64,000 nucleotides of DNA. Source: the human T2T-CHM13v2.0 reference genome, Homo sapiens. Below, in pieces: positions 53,347-64,000 of the stretch. The notes beneath the pieces are model-generated. The model did no database searches. It worked only from the letters and a program-made list of their open reading frames with translations, and had not been told where the DNA came from. A program made the position numbers and the translations under genes. Each line of letters opens with the position of its first letter. Positions within the stretch are counted from its first letter, which is position 1. The stretch lies in assembly GCF_009914755.1 (NCBI RefSeq), contig NC_060929.1; one strand, 5' to 3'.

Positions 53347-54199
53347 CCTGGTAAGAGAAACTTCAATAAGACCATTCAAAGAGTTGCACATATGTATCTT
53401 GCAGTTGGAGGGATACAGGGGTCTGACGTCCAGCTCCCATAAAGGAATATCTAAAAGGCAAGAAGTGGACTGGTTTCCTGCCTCAGTAGTGGGAGAAAGG
53501 ACAGATGGCTGCATGAGTGACCTGCATTTTCAGAGTTTGGCAGGGTAAAAAGATCAGGAAAGATTTCTGTGGACAGATGAAGTCTACACCTGCCAGGGAA
53601 GAAAAAAGGTTGGAGTGATCTTAAATCTTACATAATAGGGCCTCATCGAGACATAAATAAGCCTCAGGACAGAGGTACTATGGCCAAGGATTTCTTGAGC
53701 CTGCAGAGAAGAAAAGAGTCAGAAGACTCAGAAAAGATTGAATAATAGGAAATGAGGGGGCAGGGGTCCCAAAGAATCCACAAGAGTGCCTTTGAGAAAA
53801 AAAAAAAAAAAAAAAAAACAGGCTTTATACATTGGCCAGGTCTAGAGAACACTTGACACCAGCATATGACAGTTCCAGACAAGTCAGAACTTTCCAGTCT
53901 CTTCTAATTCTCCTCTCTTTCATTCTCCGACTCTTGAAAGGGTCAGAAACTGGAGTCAGCAAAATAGCATGAGAAAAGGAGATGGGATAGAAAGAAAGTA
54001 AATGCTGATCACTTTCCAAGAAGAAGGTGATAACTTTGATTCACATTGCAAGTGTTGAGTATTACATGGGACTGGCCATTTTAAGTACAGAAGTGAGGAT
54101 ATTTTGTAGCCTTAGAATGACCAAAGGTAGAAAACACTGAAGATGGGCTATTCATATTTCCTTAGTTCTCACTATTCCTTTGCATAATGACCAGGTATC

Positions 54200-54640
54200 T
54201 TTCATGTGGATGTACCTACAACTTCTTACCTAAGGGCCTTTTCTGATGTCCATATCCTTCTTCATCTGTGAGCCAGGCAGGCTTGTATTGTTGGGTAGTT
54301 GACATGTATTCACCTCTCTCCCATGAGCAGCCCTCAATCAATGACTGACTGATGGGAAATGGTGGAAAAGTATCACAGTTCACTGGCCTGTCAGATGAGT
54401 TAACCTCAAGGTACATGCTACACTGTTACTCAGTTTCTGCTAGGATTGAGCCTCACATGCCTTTTGCACTAGGATTGAGCCCTATGTACTCCACATAGCA
54501 GCATCCTTTCTTGGCTTTCTTCCCTTTCCTATGTCATTTTTCCACCCTTCTACGAGTGCTTTCTGGTTCACCTCCCAAAAAACTACTTTTATTAAATCTT
54601 TGTTTCAGAATCTGCTTGCTGAAAAATCCAAATTGTGATA
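54200..54640 (+). mobile_element. LTR16 (LTR16C-like) ERVL LTR
   Basis: gcagccctcaatcaatgactgac...ggattgagcc...cacctcccaaaaaactactt...tctgctt..gaaaaatccaaa. Confidence 0.75.
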
Positions 54641-57230
54641 AGGGGTACCAGAAGTAGTCTTAGCATACAGGTCCTTAGGATAAGATTTTGGAAACCACTG
54701 ATAGCCAGGTTGTAACAAGTGCCCTATTCCCTGTGGTCTTTGGAGAGGTGATCATTTCTGTCTCACTGTCATATCAAAATTACTAAATCTTTTATTTTAA
54801 GGAACTAGGATTGTGTAAATGTAGGAGATGCAGTGATTCATGCAATATCTCCAGTACTTGAATCATGTGGAAACAATAATCATAAGGGTTGAAATATTGT
54901 TGGCTATGAATTGCCATTAAAATATTGAAGAAAGAAGATGAAAGTTTCAGTTCATCTGTCAACTCAAAGCATAACTTCCATGATGGTATCTAAAGAGACA
55001 CTTATTTCATATAGCCAGAGAATGGATTCTGGTATAAATCAGATTCAAGTATTAATAGTAAGAGAAGCATATTAATAAAGGAGGTTGAATTCATAGTGCT
55101 GGCAAATTGCATACACTAATATCAGAATCTTGACAGGAAAGTAGTGGAGCCCTGAGTCCTGGGGAAAGAATATTTGGGTGGATGCCCTCGAGAATATTTG
55201 GACCCCGAAATTCTACTCAACCCCATGGGCCAAATGACTCCTTTCCCCTTCCCCCTTAGAAAAGAATGGTTGCCCAGCATCTGGATACCCCACAATGACT
55301 TCATTCGAGCCCAAGTTTTTACAAGATAATGCTTTTTTTTCATCTAAATCAGCCCTTGAATTTCCTTGTTGCCTCCAAACCAATAACTAGGGTTATAAGG
55401 AAAGTATTGGCTTAGCAGGAAAGTAGTGGCCTAAGTAGGGAAGTATTATTCCTGTTACAGAATGAAAGGGACTATTTACCAAAAAAGCTGCAGATCTAAA
55501 TAACAAGAACTAGAAAATCATGTCTGAGAATAGATATTAAAATTGCTGGATTCCAGGTAAGGCAGAATATAAAATAGGGTAAAGTATGTTGAAATGGGGG
55601 CACCTTCTCATGACTTAGGATTCAGAACACAGAGAATTGTAAACTACCTTGTTCCATTTCTGTCAAGCCTCTTTGAAGTTTTGGAAGAGTGGCTCATAGT
55701 AATGAGGTAGAACTGTGAGACTTCCTTAGAAAAGTATTGAGAAGAGGTCCAAAGTCTCTGAGAATTGGCATGCTATAATTGTTTAATGATGTTAGAGCAG
55801 AGTACACAACAGTTGAATATGTGTTTTGGCAGATCTCAGCTAATATGCTCTTTACTAAAGCAATATGAATACATCAGTGAAGGGAACACATGCATTATTG
55901 AGAGGCTAGTAGGGGACTGCTATAAATCTGAGCTCCTGGTGTCAATGCAGATAATAGGAATTCCATATAACAGAAATCAGATGACAGCCAAGAAACTACA
56001 ATAGAAAGGAGGATGGACAGAATGGCATTTGGGGAACCTTGACTGACAGAAGTGCATGGTTTTGATTAAGATTATAGTGACTATAAGCTTGGGATAGTTA
56101 AACAGCAACCATCCCAAGGCAAGGTTGCTTCTTGCCTTATATGACCAGAAAATATCACGAACAAGGAAAAGAGACTTAAACTCATTTGCTATATTGAGTA
56201 ATTATAATTCTTTACCTAAGTTCCAGACTTGACCCAGTTCTCAAACTCAAAGTGTATTGAATGAAAGGGATACTGTTCCCTTTGGGAAAAGATCCTATTA
56301 TCTCATAGCATGTCTTAGCAATTAACCCAGTCTTTCTGCAAAGGGACCTCTGTCCATTGATCAGAATAAGTTGACTTTGAGGAAGTAGCAGTACTCATTT
56401 TTTTGAGGATTGTTGGATACATGAGTTAGGCTGACATTGATTCATAGGATCCCCAAACATCATTGTGATCCCATACCTTGCTTTAGAATTAGGGCATATG
56501 GAGGCCCAGTAATAATGACGTCTTGGTTGCAAGCACATTTCACAAATGCCAAATAGGTTGATGGACCAAACCTCAGGCCATTTCCTTGAACTCTGAGTGC
56601 ATAATAGGAATGGTTATACTTATCAGCCAGCACAACATTCATGTTGGTTCCATAAACTGTGGAGAGAGTTATCATGGTACAAAAATGAAAGTGGAAGCAA
56701 CTAACGGTTCGAATACCCTGATTCTGACCAAGATTGTAAATCAAAAATTGAATTTCAGTTCAAAAGGATTTGGTATATAATTAGTGCTCTCTTTAAAACT
56801 CAAACAATACAAAGGTTGTGATACCTACCATATCTCCACTAAATTAGCAAGCCAAGCCCCTCTAAAAACAAATGTATGATAATAGATGTTGGCAGAATAT
56901 CATAAAGGTAACCAAAGGGCTACTTGAGTTGCAGTTGCTGCGGTGGATATGGCATCTCTACTAAAATAGATCACTATACCCCCTAGAACTTAGAATGTGG
57001 CTATAGATCTGCTAAGATCATTTTTTCCCCAATCTCTATCAGAAAAAAAGGACTGAAAGCAGTTTGCTTTATCCCATGATAGACAGCTGCACACATTTAT
57101 GATCTTACCCCAGGGCTAATTTAACTACCAGCTATGCCACAGTATAGACCAAAGAGATATTAATAGACAGGGCTTTTCCTAGACATGTTTCTTTGCTATA
57201 CTGATGACACATGTTAATTAGACCTCATAC
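54641..57230 (+). mobile_element. ERVL internal region (ERV3-16A3-like) with decayed protease and RT
   Basis: Starts ggtaccagaagtagtctt right after the LTR. Protease-like GLLDT*VRLTLI near 56405-56445. RT-like AIDL...FF...KQFA...TFMILPQG near 57000-57116. Confidence 0.75.
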
Positions 57231-57349
57231 CTGTTCTTGAGTTTTTTTCTCTAATTGAACCATATTACGACCCTCCTACTTCAAGCCTTTGTTGTAGATA
57301 TTGCAGTGTTCTCTCAGAGGAGCCCTCTAACTCTGGTCTTTATCTTCTC

Positions 57350-57536
57350 CAGTATTTCTTAAAAATGTCCCCCTGGGGGATATTTGGCAATGTTTGGAGA
57401 CATTTTTGGTTGTTACATTGGCAAGGTGTTACTAGAATTTAGTTGGTAGAGAACAGGGATACTGTTAAATATCCTATAATACAGCAAAAAATTTTCCATC
57501 CCAAAGTATCAGTAGTTCCAAGGCTGAGAAACAATG
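57350..57536. mobile_element. MER20 (hAT-Charlie)
   Basis: gggggatatttggcaatgtttggagacatttttggttgttaca...ggtagagaacagggatactgttaaatatccta...aaggctgagaaac. Confidence 0.85.
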
Positions 57537-57580
57537 CCTGGCTCAAATCTACTCTTACTGTTGCAATCAAGTGTCAGGGA

Positions 57581-58066
57581 CTGTGAAGAGTGTGAGATTT
57601 TACTCCTACTTGCAAACTTATAAGTTAGTTTGCCATGATTTTGGACATTAGCAGAAGACTCTAGAGTCAAGATAAAGGACTTTAATACATATGGTCCAGC
57701 AAGCAGCATCAGCATCAGCATATCTGCATCAATTCTGCTTGTTCCAAACCCACCCAGAGTGACAAAATGGGCCTGGGTGAATGCTACCCATGTGCAATGG
57801 GCTTGCCTCTCAGTTGAGGAACCCAGAGTTTTCGGAGCAACAGCACATGGTGCATCAGGAAGCAAACAAGCAAGCCCCTCTTGCCCACTATGGTGTGAGC
57901 ACAGTAGTTAAACTGCAGTTGCCTTGACTTATGTATTTGCTTAGGTGACTAACTATAGAAATTGCTCAATATCTTCTGGAGATGAATCAGCCTTGCAATC
58001 AGATACACTTAGCAAGCACATGAAGGGATGCTCAGGGGCCCTGGCAAACCGCCTTTACTCCTGTAC
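57581..58066 (-). mobile_element. ERVL LTR of the MER74/MER54/LTR53 group
   Basis: Characteristic terminus tgtgaagagtgtgagattttactcctacttgcaa...aagttag...gcagaagac...ataaaggacttta. Confidence 0.7.
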
Positions 58067-58465
58067 AATATAAAGTTCAATCTACTTTGTGCAGCAACAC
58101 AAGCCGCTAATGACCTGCCTTCTAACTCAACCTCCACTTCTTAACTCAAACTTCAAACCTTGGTAATAATGACTTGCAGCTATATTGTTTTACCCACCTT
58201 ATGCTTTTTTATTCCCCTTGTTGCTTATCCTTATTCAGATAAATTCAGAACTCAATTCAGGAATCCTCTTCTCCAGGAAGCTTTCCCTGAACTACTTTAT
58301 TGGGTTAAATAGCTCTCTTTTGACTCTAAAGTACTCAGAATTTACCCATTGAAATCATTTATCATTGGATCTAAACTCTTGGTGGCAGGACCAGGTCATT
58401 CGTCTTCCCCTGTACTCCTAGCATTCAACACAGTATCTGCTGCATGGTGAACATGTAAATGTAGT
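58067..58465 (+). mobile_element. L2 3' fragment
   Basis: cctcttctccaggaagctttccctga...taaactcttggtggcaggacc...cctagcattcaacacagtatctg. Confidence 0.65.
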
Positions 58466-59697
58466 TTCCCTTTATTTTTAAATTTGTTGTTATTGTTATT
58501 ATTATTAGTAGTACATGCAACTGAATTCATAATATCCTCTTAACCGTACAGGAACTCATTCCCATTCAATTTGATCTGCTTTCTATACACTGTTTACCAC
58601 TAGTGCACACATACACTATAGGATACATTTTAATAATATTTAGGTGGGACTCACATGGCCCTGAACCCTGAGCTATCTCCCTTCTGCCACCATATATTTG
58701 CAAGAGAGCTATGTAAATAATAAAGCAAGCACGTGCACACTTGTGGACACCAGCTGGGCCAAATTCTGACCTAGATTAGACCATGTGAATTGGTGCCTGG
58801 CCTTGTTTTCCAAGCTTATACCTGTTTCCTGGGGTATGGAGTGCCCATGGTGGATGCTCAGACACGATTGAGAGTTTCTAGGTCCCTGTTTTACTCCTGT
58901 TCTCTTCTTCTCACTGTTTCTGGCAGTTTCTCTCTTGTTACAGTAGAGATATGACAATTATATTAAATTTGTAGCTGCTATTACTAAAGAGTGATGGTGG
59001 AACAAATGATTGGAGAGTCATTTTATCAAGAACTTATTTTCTTCTTGCTTTCAAGTTTATGTGTTTATTGTCTACAATTCTTTAAAAATGGCAAAATGGC
59101 ACATTAATTCACTCTCCTAACTGCCCCATTAATTCACAGTGCCATGCAAACATTGAGAAATTCTAAAATTGCTTTCAGTTTTTAAATCTGAGTTTGACTT
59201 AGCAAACATGAAGAATATAGAACCTGAGAAGCTCCTACTAGATTAATGTCTGTTCTGTGGATGTGTAGTAAATACAAATACATAAAAATGACCATAGAAT
59301 TAATGCAAACTTGTATTCTTTCTTATTTTGGATGCTACATAACTCATATAATGAGAGTGTCACATTACTCTTTTCTCATAATTTTGCTTTATAAAAAGTT
59401 CTCCTGAACAAATATTGGTGAATAAAACCATGGGAGGTGGGTTTATGCACATTTTGATTCCACTAAGAAACAGCTTCAAACAGATGTGCACTGTGTACCT
59501 TTCAAATTTACATCCCCTCCCCACCATCGTGTCTTTCAACCAGTGAGGATAGCATTATTCAGGGAAATGTAAGTTGATATGCATTCCAGGTCCAGATTTT
59601 GTATCTGTTATAAACTGCACTATAGATCATGACTTTGAGGAATAGGACCTAGTTTTAAAAGAGAAAAAAAATTGTAACAAAAATATATGATGGTACA

Positions 59698-64000
<4,303 letters not shown>

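Noticed and set aside
52560-53720. Possible older LTR flanking the MLT2A element
   Set aside because: Purine-rich and LTR-like, but I cannot assign termini or a family with confidence.

Overview
Primate (most likely human or great-ape) AT-rich, repeat-dense DNA with no intact protein-coding gene that I can support. Nearly all long ORFs in the track come from LINE-1 or Alu. Main contents: (1) an old L1MA copy on + (1-4016) interrupted by a half-length AluY; (2) a full-length, TSD-flanked L1PA4-like element on - (10881-16983); (3) a near full-length, TSD-flanked processed pseudogene of the palmitoyltransferase ZDHHC3 on + (30783-33547), copied from the long isoform that carries an extra 84 nt; (4) a young L1PA2-like element on - that runs off the window end (59698-64000). 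There are also about 10 Alus, THE1/MLT1/MLT2A/LTR16/MER74-type LTR elements, hAT DNA transposon fossils (Charlie, MER5, MER20, MER53, MER102), L2/MIR relics and a 529-bp pure-A/T palindromic minisatellite. I found no convincing new multi-gene system. The most interesting items are fine-scale: an unusual splice junction fossilised in the ZDHHC3 retrocopy, an L1 ORF0 frame that lost its stop and stays open to the element boundary, an intact MLT2A solo LTR with a DUX4-like site, the AT minisatellite, and a complex templated duplication. Repeat subfamily names and parent-protein comparisons come from recalled consensus sequences, not from a database search.
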